Assembly: GCA_040954595.2 (NCBI GenBank)
Contig: CM082595.2
Span: 8,941,410-9,005,409, forward strand
Reading direction: 5' to 3'
Origin: Balanoglossus misakiensis
Taxonomy: Eukaryota; Animalia; Hemichordata
Length of the DNA: 64,000 bases
Shown one piece after another: positions 33,601 through 48,600 of the stretch. Each line of letters starts with the position of its first letter. The stretch's first letter is position 1. The translations under genes and the position numbers were made by a program. The notes below the pieces were generated by a model, which was not told the DNA's origin, did no database searches, and saw nothing but the letters and a program-made list of their open reading frames with translations.

Positions 33601-36600
33601 CAATTTTTGAAAAAATCATGGGTGAAAATCATCAAAAAATGACAAAATTTTCGACTTTGCAAAATCTCAAAATTTCGTCGATTTTTGAAAAAAAATTATT
33701 GTTGAAAATCATCAAAAAATGACAAAATTTTCGAGTTTGCAAAATCACACAATTTCGCCGATTTTGAAAAAAATCATAGGTTCGTCGATTTTTTTAAAAA
33801 AAACATGGGTGAAAATCATCAAAAAATGACAAATTTTCGACTTTGCAAAATCTCAAAATTTCGTCGATTTTTGAAAAAAATCATGGGGGAAAATCATCAA
33901 AAAATGACAAATTTTCGACTTTGCAAAATCTCAAAATTTCGTCCATTTTTGAAAAAAAATCATGGAGGAAAATCATTAAAAAATGACAAATTTACGACTG
34001 CAAAATCTCAAAATTTCGTCCATTTGTGAAAAAAAATCCTGGGTGAAAATCATCAAAAAATGACAAATTTTCGACTTTGCAAAATCTCAAAATTTCGTCG
34101 ATTTTTGAAAAAAATCATGGGTGAAAATCATCAAAAAATGACAAATTTTCGACTTCGCAAAATCTCAACATTTCGTCGATTTTTGAAAAAAATCATAGGT
34201 GAAAATCATCAAAAAGTGACAAATTTTCGACTTTGCAAAATCTCAAAATTTCGTCGATTTTTGAAAAAAAATAATGGTTTAAAATCATCAAAAAATGACA
34301 AATAAATCTCAAAATTTCGTCGATTTGTGAAAAAAAATCCTGGGTGAAAATCATCAAAAAATGACAAATTTTCGACCTTGCAAAATCTCAAAATTTCGTC
34401 GATTTTTGAAAAAAATCATGGGTGAAAATCATCAAAAAATGACTAATTTTCGACTTTGCAAAATCTCAAAATTTCGTCGATTTTTGAAAAAAAATCATGG
34501 AGGAAAATCATTAAAAAATGACAAATTTACAACTGCAAAATCTCAAAATTTCGTCGATTTGTGAAAAAAAATCCTGGGTGAAAATCATCAAAAAATGATA
34601 AATTTTCGACTTTGCAAAATCTCAAAATTTCGTAAATTTTTGAAAAAAAATCATGGGTGAAAACCATCAAAAAATGACAAATTTTCGTCTTTGCAAAATT
34701 TCAAAATTTCGTCGATTTTTGAGAAAAATCATGGGCAAAAATCATCAAAAAATGACAAATTTTCGACTTTGCAAAATCTCAAAATTTCGTCGATTTTTGA
34801 AAAAAATCATGGGTTCGTTTATTTTTGAAAAAAAATATGGGTGAAAATCATCAAAAAATTACAAATTTTCGACTTTGCAAAATCGCAAAATTTCGTACAT
34901 TTTTGAAAAAAAATCATGGGTGAAAATCATCAAAAAATGACAAATTTTCGTCTTTGCAAAATCTCAAAATTTCGTACATTTTTCAAAAAAAATCATGGGT
35001 GAAAATCATCAAAAAATGACAAATTTTCGTCTTTGCAAATTTCAAAATTTAGTACATTTTTGAAAAAAAATCATGGGTGAAAATCATCAAAAAATGACAA
35101 ATTTTCGACTTTGCAAAATCTCAAAATTTCGTCGATTTTTGAAAAAAAATCATGGAGGAAAATCATTAAAAAATGACAAATTTACGACTTTGCAAAATCT
35201 CAAAATTTCGTCGATTTTTGAAAAAAAATAATGGTTGAAAATCATCAAAAAATGACAAATAAATCTCAAAATTTCGTCGATTTGTGAAAAAAAATCCTGG
35301 GTGAAAATCATCAAAAAATGACAAATTTTCGACATTGCAAAATCTCAAAATTTCGTCGATTTTTGAAAAAAAAAATCTTGGGTAAAACTCATCAAAAAAT
35401 GACAAATTTTCGACTTTGCAAAATCTCAAAATTTCGTCGATTTTTGAAAAAAAATAATGGTTGAAAATCATCAAAAAATGACAAATAAATCTCAAAATTT
35501 CGTCGATTTGTGAAAAAAAATCCTGGGTGAAAATCATCAAAAAATGACAAATTTTCGACCTTGCAAAATCTCAAAATTTCGTCGATTTTTGAAAAAAATC
35601 ATGGGTGAAAATCATCAAAAAATGACAAATTTTCGACTTTGCAAAATCTCAAAATTTCGTCGATTTTTGAAAAAAAATCATGGAGGAAAATCATTAAAAA
35701 ATGACAAATTTACAACTGCAAAATCTCAAAATTTCGTCGATTTGTGAAAAAAAATCCTGGGTGAAAATCATCAAAAAAATGATAAATTTTCGACTTTGCA
35801 AAATCTCAAAATTTCGTAAATTTTTGAAAAAAAATCATGGGTGAAAACCATCAAAAAATGACAAATTTTCGTCTTTGCAAAATTTCAAAATTTCGTCGAT
35901 TTTTGAAAAAAAATCATGGAGGAAAATCATTAAAAATGACAAATTTACGACTGCAAAATCTCAAAATTTCGTCGATTTGTGAAAAAAAATCATGGGTGAA
36001 AATCATCAAAAAATGACAAATTTTCGACATTGCAAAATCTCAAAATTTCGTCGATTTTTGAAAAAAATCATGGGTGAAAATCATCAAAAAATGACAAATT
36101 TTCGACTTTGCAAAAACTCAACATTTCGTCGATTTTCGAAAAAAATCATGGGTGAAAATCATCAAAAAATGACAAATTTTCGACTTTGCGAAATCTCAAA
36201 ATTTCGTCGATTTTTGAAAAAAATCATGGGTGAAAATCATCAAAAAATGACAAATTTTCGACTTTGCAAAATCTCAAAATTTCGTCGATTTTTGAAAAAA
36301 AATAATGGTTGAAAATCATCAAAAAATGACAAATTTTCGACTTTGCAAAATCTCAAAATTTCGTCGATTTTTAAAAAAAAATCATGGATGAAAATCATCA
36401 AAAAATGACAAATTTTCGACTTTGCAAAAACTCAACATTTCGTCGATTTTCGAAAAAAATCATGGGTGAAAATCATCAAAAAATGACAAATTTTCGACTT
36501 TGCAAAATCTCAAAATTTCATCAATTTTTGAAAAAATCATGGGTGAAAATCATCAAAAAATGACAAAATTTTCGACTTTGCAAAATCTCAAAATTTCGTC

Positions 36601-39600
36601 GATTTTTGAAAAAAAATCATGGAGGAAAATCATTAAAAAATGACAAATTTACAACTGCAAAATCTCAAAATTTCGTCGATTTGTGAAAAAAAATCCTGGG
36701 TGAAAATCATCAAAAAATGATAAATTTTCGACTTTGCAAAATCTCAAAATTTCGTAAATTTTTGAAAAAAAATCATGGGTGAAAACCATCAAAAAATGAC
36801 AAATTTTCGTCTTTGCAAAATTTCAAAATTTCGTCGATTTTTGAGAAAAATCATGGGCAAAAATCATCAAAAAATGACAAATTTTCGACTTTGCAAAATC
36901 TCAAAATTTCGTCGATTTTTGAAAAAAATCATGGGTTCGTTTATTTTTGAAAAAAAATATGGGTGAAAATCATCAAAAAATTACAAATTTTCGACTTTGC
37001 AAAATCGCAAAATTTCGTACATTTTTGAAAAAAAATCATGGGTGAAAATCATCAAAAAATGACAAATTTTCGTCTTTGCAAAATCTCAAAATTTCGTACA
37101 TTTTTCAAAAAAAATCATGGGTGAAAATCATCAAAAAATGACAAATTTTCGTCTTTGCAAAATTTCAAAATTTAGTACATTTTTGAAAAAAAATCATGGG
37201 TGAAAATCATCAAAAAATGACAAATTTTCGACTTTGCAAAATCTCAAAATTTCGTCGATTTTTGAAAAAAAATCATGGAGGAAAATCATTAAAAAATGAC
37301 AAATTTACGACTGCAAAATCTCAAAATTTCGTCGATTTGTGAAAAAAAATCATGGGTGAAAATCATCAAAAAATGACAAATTTTCGACATTGCAAAATCT
37401 CAAAATTTCGTCGATTTTTGAAAAAAATCATGGGTGAAAATCATCAAAAAATGACAAATTTTCGACTTTGCAAAAACTCAACATTTCGTCGATTTTCGAA
37501 AAAAATCATGGGTGAAAATCATCAAAAAATGACAAATTTTCGACTTTGCGAAATCTCAAAATTTCGTCGATTTTTGAAAAAAATCATGGGTGAAAATCAT
37601 CAAAAAATGACAAATTTTCGACTTTGCAAAATCTCAAAATTTCATCAATTTTTGAAAAAATCATGGGTGAAAATCATCAAAAAATGACAAAATTTTCGAC
37701 TTTGCAAAATCTCAAAATTTCGTCGATTTTTGAAAAAAAAATTATTGTTGAAAATCATCAAAAAATGACAAAATTTTCGAGTTTGCAAAATCACACAATT
37801 TCGCCGATTTTGAAAAAAATCATAGGTTCGTCGATTTTTTTAAAAAAAACATGGGTGAAAATCATCAAAAAATTACAAATTTTCGACTTTGCAAAATCTC
37901 AAAATTTCGTCGATTTTTGAAAAAAATCATGGGGGAAAATAATCAAAAAATGACAAATTTTCGACTTTGCAAAATCTCAAAATTTCGTCCATTTTTGAAA
38001 AAAAAATCATGGAGGAAAATCATTAAAAAATGACAAATTTACGACTGCAAAATCTCAAAATTTCGTCCATTTGTGAAAAAAAATCCTGGGTGAAAATCAT
38101 CAAAAAATGACAAATTTTCGACTTTGCAAAATCTCAAAATTTCGTCGATTTTTGAAAAAAATCATGGGTGAAAATCATCAAAAAATGACAAATTTTCGAC
38201 TTCGCAAAATCTCAACATTTCGTCGATTTTTGAAAAAAATCATAGGTGAAAATCATCAAAAAGTGACAAATTTTCGACTTTGCAAAATCTCAAAATTTCG
38301 TCGATTTTTGAAAAAAAATAATGGTTTAAAATCATCAAAAAATGACAAATAAATCTCAAAATTTCGTCGATTTGTGAAAAAAAATCCTGGGTGAAAATCA
38401 TCAAAAAATGACAAATTTTCGACCTTGCAAAATCTCAAAATTTCGTCGATTTTTGAAAAAAATCATGGGTGAAAATCATCAAAAAATGACTAATTTTCGA
38501 CTTTGCAAAATCTCAAAATTTCGTCGATTTTTGAAAAAAAATCATGGAGGAAAATCATTAAAAAATGACAAATTTACAACTGCAAAATCTCAAAATTTCG
38601 TCGATTTGTGAAAAAAAATCCTGGGTGAAAATCATCAAAAAATGATAAATTTTCGACTTTGCAAAATCTCAAAATTTCGTAAATTTTTGAAAAAAAATCA
38701 TGGGTGAAAACCATCAAAAAATGACAAATTTTCGTCTTTGCAAAATTTCAAAATTTCGTCGATTTTTGAGAAAAATCATGGGCAAAAATCATCAAAAAAT
38801 TACAAATTTTCGACTTTGCAAAATCTCAAAATTTCGTCGATTTTTGAAAAAAATCATGGGTTCGTTTATTTTTGAAAAAAAATATGGGTGAAAATCATCA
38901 AAAAATTACAAATTTTCGACTTTGCAAAATCGCAAAATTTCGTACATTTTTGAAAAAAAATCATGGGTGAAAATCATCAAAAAATGACAAATTTTCGTCT
39001 TTGCAAAATCTCAAAATTTCGTACATTTTTCAAAAAAAATCATGGGTGAAAATCATCAAAAAATGACAAATTTTCGTCTTTGCAAATTTCAAAATTTAGT
39101 ACATTTTTGAAAAAAAATCATGGGTGAAAATCATCAAAAAATGAAAAATTTTCGACATTGCAAAATCTCAAAATTTCGTCGATTTTTGAAAAAAAAAATC
39201 TTGGGTAAAACTCATCAAAAAATGACAAATTTTCGACTTTGCAAAATCTCAAAATTTCGTCGATTTTTGAAAAAAAATAATGGTTGAAAATCATCAAAAA
39301 ATGACAAATAAATCTCAAAATTTCGTCGATTTGTGAAAAAAAATCCTGGGTGAAAATCATCAAAAAATGACAAATTTTCGACCTTGCAAAATCTCAAAAT
39401 TTCGTCGATTTTTGAAAAAAATCATGGGTGAAAATCATCAAAAAATGACAAATTTTCGACTTTGCAAAATCTCAAAATTTCGTCGATTTTTGAAAAAAAA
39501 TCATGGAGGAAAATCATTAAAAAATGACAAATTTACAACTGCAAAATCTCAAAATTTCGTCGATTTGTGAAAAAAAATCCTGGGTGAAAATCATCAAAAA

Positions 39601-42600
39601 AATGATAAATTTTCGACTTTGCAAAATCTCAAAATTTCGTAAATTTTTGAAAAAAAATCATGGGTGAAAACCATCAAAAAATGACAAATTTTCGTCTTTG
39701 CAAAATTTCAAAATTTCGTCGATTTTTGAAAAAAAATCATGGAGGAAAATCATTAAAAAATGACAAATTTACAACTGCAAAATCTCAAAATTTCGTCGAT
39801 TTGTGAAAAAAAATCCTGGGTGAAAATCATCAAAAAAATGATAAATTTTCGACTTTGCAAAATCTCAAAATTTCGTAAATTTTTGAAAAAAAATCATGGG
39901 TGAAAACCATCAAAAAATGACAAATTTTCGTCTTTGCAAAATTTCAAAATTTCGTCGATTTTTGAAAAAAAATCATGGAGGAAAATCATTAAAAAATGAC
40001 AAATTTACGACTGCAAAATCTCAAAATTTCGTCGATTTGTGAAAAAAAATCATGGGTGAAAATCATCAAAAAATGACAAATTTTCGACTTTGCAAAAACT
40101 CAACATTTCGTCGATTTTCGAAAAAAATCATGGGTGAAAATCATCAAAAAATGACAAATTTTCGACTTTGCGAAATCTCAAAATTTCGTCGATTTTTGAA
40201 AAAAATCATGGGTGAAAATCATCAAAAAATGACAAATTTTCGACTTTGCAAAATCTCAAAATTTCGTCGATTTTTGAAAAAAAATAATGGTTGAAAATCA
40301 TCAAAAAATGACAAATTTTCGACTTTGCAAAATCTCAAAATTTCGTCGATTTTTAAAAAAAAATCATGGATGAAAATCATCAAAAAATGACAAATTTTCG
40401 ACTTTGCAAAAACTCAACATTTCGTCGATTTTCGAAAAAAATCATGGGTTCGTTTATTTTTGAAAAAAAATATGGGTGAAAATCATCAAAAAATTACAAA
40501 TTTTCGACTTTGTAAAATCGCAAAATTTCGTACATTTTTGAAAAAAAATCATGGGTGAAAATCATCAAAAAATGACATATTTTCGTCTTTGCAAAATCTC
40601 AAAATTTCGTACATTTTTCAAAAAAAATCATGGGTGAAAATCATCAAAAAATGACAAATTTTCGTCTTTGCAAAATTTCAAAATTTAGTACATTTTTGAA
40701 AAAAAATCATGGGTGAAAATCATCAAAAAATGACAAATTTTCGACTTTGCAAAATCTCAAAATTTCGTCGATTTTTGAAAAAAAATAATGGTTGAAAATC
40801 ATCAAAAAATGACAAATTTTCGACTTTGCAAAATCTCAAAATTTCGTCGATTTTTAAAAAAAAATCATGGATGAAAATCATCAAAAAATGACAAATTTTC
40901 GACTTTGCAAAAACTCAACATTTCGTCGATTTTCGAAAAAAATCATGGGTGAAAATCATCAAAAAATGACAAATTTTCGACTTTGCAAAATCTCAAAATT
41001 TCATCAATTTTTGAAAAAATCATGGGTGAAAATCATCAAAAAATGACAAATTTTCGACTTTGCAAAAACTCAACATTTCGTCGATTTTCGAAAAAAATCA
41101 TGGGTGAAAATCATCAAAAAATGACAAATTTTCGTCTTTGCAAAATTTCAAAATTTCGTCGATTTTTGAGAAAAATCATGGGCAAAAATCATCAAAAAAT
41201 GACAAATTTTCGACTTTGCAAAATCTCAAAATTTCGTCGATTTTTGAAAAAAATCATGGGTTCGTTTATTTTTGAAAAAAAATATGGGTGAAAATCATCA
41301 AAAAATTACAAATTTTCGACTTTGTAAAATCGCAAAATTTCGTACATTTTTGAAAAAAAATCATGGGTGAAAATCATCAAAAAATGACATATTTTCGTCT
41401 TTGCAAAATCTCAAAATTTCGTACATTTTTCAAAAAAAATCATGGGTGAAAATCATCAAAAAATGACAAATTTTCGTCTTTGCAAAATTTCAAAATTTAG
41501 TACATTTTTGAAAAAAAATCATGGGTGAAAATCATCAAAAAATGACAAATTTTCGACTTTGCAAAATCTCAAAATTTCGTCGATTTTTGAAAAAAAATCA
41601 TGGAGGAAAATCATTAAAAAATGACAAATTTACGACTGCAAAATCTCAAAATTTCGTCGATTTGTGAAAAAAAATCATGGGTGAAAATCATCAAAAAATG
41701 ACAAATTTTCGACATTGCAAAATCTCAAAATTTCGTCGATTTTTGAAAAAAATCATGGGTGAAAATCATCAAAAAATGACAAATTTTCGACTTTGCAAAA
41801 ACTCAACATTTCGTCGATTTTCGAAAAAAATCATGGGTGAAAATCATCAAAAAATGACAAATTTTCGACTTTGCGAAATCTCAAAATTTCGTCGATTTTT
41901 GAAAAAAATCATGGGTGAAAATCATCAAAAAATGACAAATTTTCGACTTTGCAAAATCTCAAAATTTCGTCGATTTTTGAAAAAAAATAATGGTTGAAAA
42001 TCATCAAAAAATGACAAATTTTCGACTTTGCAAAATCTCAAAATTTCGTCGATTTTTAAAAAAAAATCATGGATGAAAATCATCAAAAAATGACAAATTT
42101 TCGACTTTGCAAAAACTCAACATTTCGTCGATTTTCGAAAAAAATCATGGGTGAAAATCATCAAAAAATGACAAATTTTCGACTTTGCAAAATCTCAAAA
42201 TTTCATCAATTTTTGAAAAAATCATGGGTGAAAATCATCAAAAAATGACAAAATTTTCGACTTTGCAAAATCTCAAAATTTCGTCGATTTTTGAAAAAAA
42301 ATTATTGTTGAAAATCATCAAAAAATGACAAAATTTTCGAGTTTGCAAAATCACACAATTTCGCCGATTTTGAAAAAAATCATAGGTTCGTCGATTTATT
42401 TAAAAAAAACATGGGTGAAAATCATCAAAAAATGACAAATTTTCGACTTTGCAAAATCTCAAAATTTCGTCGATTTTTGAAAAAAATCATGGGGGAAAAT
42501 CATCAAAAAATGACAAATTTTCGACTTTGCAAAATCTCAAAATTTCGTCCATTTTTGAAAAAAAATCATGGAGGAAAATCATTAAAAAATGACAAATTTA

Positions 42601-45600
42601 CGACAGCAAAATCTCAAAATTTCGTCCATTTGTGAAAAAAAATCCTGGGTGAAAATCATCAAAAAATGACAAATTTTCGACTTTGCAAAATCTCAAAATT
42701 TCGTCGATTTTTGAAAAAAATCATGGGTGAAAATCATCAAAAAATGACAAATTTTCGACTTCGCAAAATCTCAACATTTCGTCGATTTTTGAAAAAAATC
42801 ATAGGTGAAAATCATCAAAAAGTGACAAATTTTCGACTTTGCAAAATCTCAAAATTTCGTCGATTTTTGAAAAAAAATAATGGTTGAAAATCATCAAAAA
42901 ATGACAAATAAATCTCAAAATTTCGTCGATTTGTGAAAAAAAATCCTGGGTGAAAATCATCAAAAAATGACAAATTTTCGACCTTGCAAAATCTCAAAAT
43001 TTCGTCGATTTTTGAAAAAAATCATGGGTGAAAATCATCAAAAAATGACTAATTTTCGACTTTGCAAAATCTCAAAATTTCGTCGATTTTTGAAAAAAAA
43101 TCATGGAGGAAAATCATTAAAAAATGACAAATTTACAACTGCAAAATCTCAAAATTTCGTCGATTTGTGAAAAAAAATCCTGGGTGAAAATCATCAAAAA
43201 ATGATAAATTTTCGACTTTGCAAAATCTCAAAATTTCGTAAATTTTTGAAAAAAAATCATGGGTGAAAACCATCAAAAAATGACAAATTTTCGTCTTTGC
43301 AAAATTTCAAAATTTCGTCGATTTTTGAGAAAAATCATGGGCAAAAATCATCAAAAAATGACAAATTTTCGACTTTGCAAAATCTCAAAATTTCGTCGAT
43401 TTTTGAAAAAAATCATGGGTTCGTTTATTTTTGAAAAAAAATATGGGTGAAAATCATCAAAAAATTACAAATTTTCGACTTTGCAAAATCGCAAAATTTC
43501 GTACATTTTTGAAAAAAAATCATGGGTGAAAATCATCAAAAAATGACAAATTTTCGTCTTTGCAAAATCTCAAAATTTCGTACATTTTTCAAAAAAAATC
43601 ATGGGTGAAAATCATCAAAAAATGACAAATTTTCGTCTTTGCAAAATTTCAAAATTTAGTACATTTTTGAAAAAAAATCATGGGTGAAAATCATCAAAAA
43701 ATGACAAATTTTCGACTTTGCAAAATCTCAAAATTTCGTCGATTTTTGAAAAAAAATCATGGAGGAAAATCATTAAAAAATGACAAATTTACGACTGCAA
43801 AATCTCAAAATTTCGTCGATTTGTGAAAAAAAATCAAGGGTGAAAATCATCAAAAAATGACAAATTTTCGACATTGCAAAATCTCAAAATTTCGTCGATT
43901 TTTGAAAAAAATCATGGGTGAAAATCATCAAAAAATGACAAATTTTCGACATTGCAAAATCTCAAAATTTCGTCGATTTTTGAAAAAAAATCATGGGTGA
44001 AAATCCTCAAAAAATGACAAATTTTCGTCTTTGCAAAATCTCAAAATTTCGTCGATTTTTGAAAAAAAAAATCTTGGGTAAAACTCATCAAAAAATGACA
44101 AATTTTCGACTTTGCAAAATCTCAAAATTTCGTCGATTTTTGGAAAAAAATAATGGTTGAAAATCATCAAAAAATGACAAATAAATCTCAAAATTTCGTC
44201 GATTTGTGAAAAAAAATCCTGGGTGAAAATCATCAAAAAATGACAAATTTTCGACCTTGCAAAATCTCAAAATTTCGTCGATTTTTGAAAAAAATCATGG
44301 GTGAAAATCATCAAAAAATGACAAATTTTCGACTTTGCAAAATCTCAAAATTTCGTCGATTTTTGAAAAAAAATCATGGAGGAAAATCATTAAAAAATGA
44401 CAAATTTACAACTGCAAAATCTCAAAATTTCGTCGATTTGTGAAAAAAATCCTTGGTGAAAATCATCAAAAAAATGATAAATTTTCGACTTTGCAAAATC
44501 TCAAAATTTCGTAAATTTTTGAAAAAAAATCATGGGTGAAAACCATCAAAAAATGACAAATTTTCGTCTTTGCAAAATTTCAAAATTTCGTCGATTTTTG
44601 AGAAAAATCATGGGCAAAAATCATCAAAAAATGACAAATTTTCGACTTCGCAAAATCTCAAAATTTCGTCGATTTTTGAAAAAAATCATGGGTTCGTTTA
44701 TTTTTGAAAAAAAATATGGGTGAAAATCATCAAAAAATTACAAATTTTCGACTTTGTAAAATCGCAAAATTTCGTACATTTTTGAAAAAAAATCATGGGT
44801 GAAAATCATCAAAAAATGACAAATTTTCGTCTTTGCAAAATCTCAAAATTTCGTACATTTTTCAAAAAAAATCATGGGTGAAAATCATCAAAAAATGACA
44901 AATTTTCGTCTTTGCAAAATTTCAAAATTTAGTACATTTTTGAAAAAAAATCATGGGTGAAAATCATCAAAAAATGACAAATTTTCGACTTTGCAAAATC
45001 TCAAAATTTCGTCGATTTTTGAAAAAAAATCATGGAGGAAAATCATTAAAAAATGACAAATTTACGACTGCAAAATCTCAAAATTTCGTCGATTTGTGAA
45101 AAAAAATCATGGGTGAAAATCATCAAAAAATGACAAATTTTCGACATTGCAAAATCTCAAAATTTCGTCGATTTTTGAAAAAAATCATGGGTGAAAATCA
45201 TCAAAAAATGAGAAATTTTCGACTTTGCAAAAACTCAACATTTCGTCGATTTTCGAAAAAAATCATGGGTGAAAATCATCAAAAAATGACAAATTTTCGA
45301 CTTTGCGAAATCTCAAAATTTCGTCGATTTTTGAAAAAAATCATGGGTGAAAATCATCAAAAAATGACAAATTTTCGACCTTGCAAAATCTCAAAATTTC
45401 GTCGATTTTTGAAAAAAATCATGGGTGAAAATCATCAAAAAATGACTAATTTTCGACTTTGCAAAATCTCAAAATTTCGTCGATTTGTGAAAAAAAATCA
45501 TGGAGGAAAATCATTAAAAAATGACAAATTTACAACTGCAAAATCTCAAAATTTCGTCGATTTGTGAAAAAAAATCCTGGGTGAAAATCATCAAAAAGTG

Positions 45601-48600
45601 ACAAATTTTCGACTTTGCAAAATCTCAAAATTTCGTCGATTTTTGAAAAAAAATAATGGTTGAAAATCATCAAAAAATGACAAATAAATCTCAAAATTTC
45701 GTCGATTTGTGAAAAAAAATCCTGGGTGAAAATCATCAAAAAATGACAAATTTTCGACCTTGCAAAATCTCAAAATTTCGTCGATTTTTGAAAAAAAATC
45801 ATGGAGGAAAATCATTAAAAAATGACAAATTTACAACTGCAAAATCTCAAAATTTCGTCGATTTGTGAAAAAAAATCCTGGGTGTAAATCATCAAAAAAT
45901 GATAAATTTTCGACTTTGCAAAATCTCAAAATTTCGTAAATTTTTGAAAAAAAATCATGGGTGAAAACCATCAAAAAATGACAAATTTTCGTCTTTGCAA
46001 AATTTCAAAATTTCGTCGATTTTTGAGAAAAATCATGGGCAAAAATCATCAAAAAATGACAAATTTTCGACTTTGCAAAATCTCAAAATTTCGTCGATTT
46101 TTGAAAAAAATCATGGGTTCGTTTATTTTTGAAAAAAAATATGGGTGAAAATCATCAAAAAATTACAAATTTTCGACTTTGCAAAATCGCAAAATTTCGT
46201 ACATTTTTGAAAAAAAATCATGGAGGAAAATCATTAAAAAATGACAAATTTACAACTGCAAAATCTCAAAATTTCGTCGATTTGTGAAAAAAAATCCTGG
46301 GTGAAAATCATCAAAAAATGATAAATTTTCGACTTTGCAAAATCTCAAAATTTCGTAAATTTTTGAAAAAAAATCATGGGTGAAAACCATCAAAAAATTA
46401 CAAATTTTCGACTTTGCAAAATCGCAAAATTTCGTACATTTTTGAAAAAAAATCATGGGTGAAAATCATCAAAAAATGACAAATTTTCGTCTTTGCAAAA
46501 TCTCAAAATTTCGTACATTTTTCAAAAAAAATCATGGGTGAAAATCATCAAAAAATGACAAATTTTCGTCTTTGCAAAATTTCAAAATTTAGTACATTTT
46601 TGAAAAAAAATCATGGGTGAAAATCATCAAAAAATGACAAATTTTCGACTTTGCAAAATCTCAAAATTTCGTCGATTTTTGAAAAAAAATCATGGAGGAA
46701 AATCATTAAAAAATGACAAATTTACGACTGCAAAATCTCAAAATTTCGTCGATTTGTGAAAAAAAATCAAGGGTGAAAATCATCAAAAAATGACAAATTT
46801 TCGACATTGCAAAATCTCAAAATTTCGTCGATTTTTGAAAAAAATCATGGGTGAAAATCATCAAAAAATGACAAATTTTCGACATTGCAAAATCTCAAAA
46901 TTTCGTCGATTTTTGAAAAAAAATCATGGGTGAAAATCCTCAAAAAATGACAAATTTTCGTCTTTGCAAAATCTCAAAATTTCGTCGATTTTTGAAAAAA
47001 AAAATCTTGGGTAAAACTCATCAAAAAATGACAAATTTTCGACTTTGCAAAATCTCAAAATTTCGTCGATTTTTGGAAAAAAATAATGGTTGAAAATCAT
47101 CAAAAAATGACAAATAAATCTCAAAATTTCGTCGATTTGTGAAAAAAAATCCTGGGTGAAAATCATCAAAAAATGACAAATTTTCGACCTTGCAAAATCT
47201 CAAAATTTCGTCGATTTTTGAAAAAAATCATGGGTGAAAATCATCAAAAAATGACAAATTTTCGACTTTGCAAAATCTCAAAATTTCGTCGATTTTTGAA
47301 AAAAAATCATGGAGGAAAATCATTAAAAAATGACAAATTTACAACTGCAAAATCTCAAAATTTCGTCGATTTGTGAAAAAAATCCTTGGTGAAAATCATC
47401 AAAAAAATGATAAATTTTCGACTTTGCAAAATCTCAAAATTTCGTAAATTTTTGAAAAAAAATCATGGGTGAAAACCATCAAAAAATGACAAATTTTCGT
47501 CTTTGCAAAATTTCAAAATTTCGTCGATTTTTGAGAAAAATCATGGGCAAAAATCATCAAAAAATGACAAATTTTCGACTTCGCAAAATCTCAAAATTTC
47601 GTCGATTTTTGAAAAAAATCATGGGTTCGTTTATTTTTGAAAAAAAATATGGGTGAAAATCATCAAAAAATTACAAATTTTCGACTTTGTAAAATCGCAA
47701 AATTTCGTACATTTTTGAAAAAAAATCATGGGTGAAAATCATCAAAAAATGACAAATTTTCGTCTTTGCAAAATCTCAAAATTTCGTACATTTTTCAAAA
47801 AAAATCATGGGTGAAAATCATCAAAAAATGACAAATTTTCGTCTTTGCAAAATTTCAAAATTTAGTACATTTTTGAAAAAAAATCATGGGTGAAAATCAT
47901 CAAAAAATGACAAATTTTCGACTTTGCAAAATCTCAAAATTTCGTCGATTTTTGAAAAAAAATCATGGAGGAAAATCATTAAAAAATGACAAATTTACGA
48001 CTGCAAAATCTCAAAATTTCGTCGATTTGTGAAAAAAAATCATGGGTGAAAATCATCAAAAAATGACAAATTTTCGACATTGCAAAATCTCAAAATTTCG
48101 TCGATTTTTGAAAAAAATCATGGGTGAAAATCATCAAAAAATGAGAAATTTTCGACTTTGCAAAAACTCAACATTTCGTCGATTTTCGAAAAAAATCATG
48201 GGTGAAAATCATCAAAAAATGACAAATTTTCGACTTTGCGAAATCTCAAAATTTCGTCGATTTTTGAAAAAAATCATGGGTGAAAATCATCAAAAAATGA
48301 CAAATTTTCGACCTTGCAAAATCTCAAAATTTCGTCGATTTTTGAAAAAAATCATGGGTGAAAATCATCAAAAAATGACTAATTTTCGACTTTGCAAAAT
48401 CTCAAAATTTCGTCGATTTGTGAAAAAAAATCATGGAGGAAAATCATTAAAAAATGACAAATTTACAACTGCAAAATCTCAAAATTTCGTCGATTTGTGA
48501 AAAAAAATCCTGGGTGAAAATCATCAAAAAGTGACAAATTTTCGACTTTGCAAAATCTCAAAATTTCGTCGATTTTTGAAAAAAAATAATGGTTGAAAAT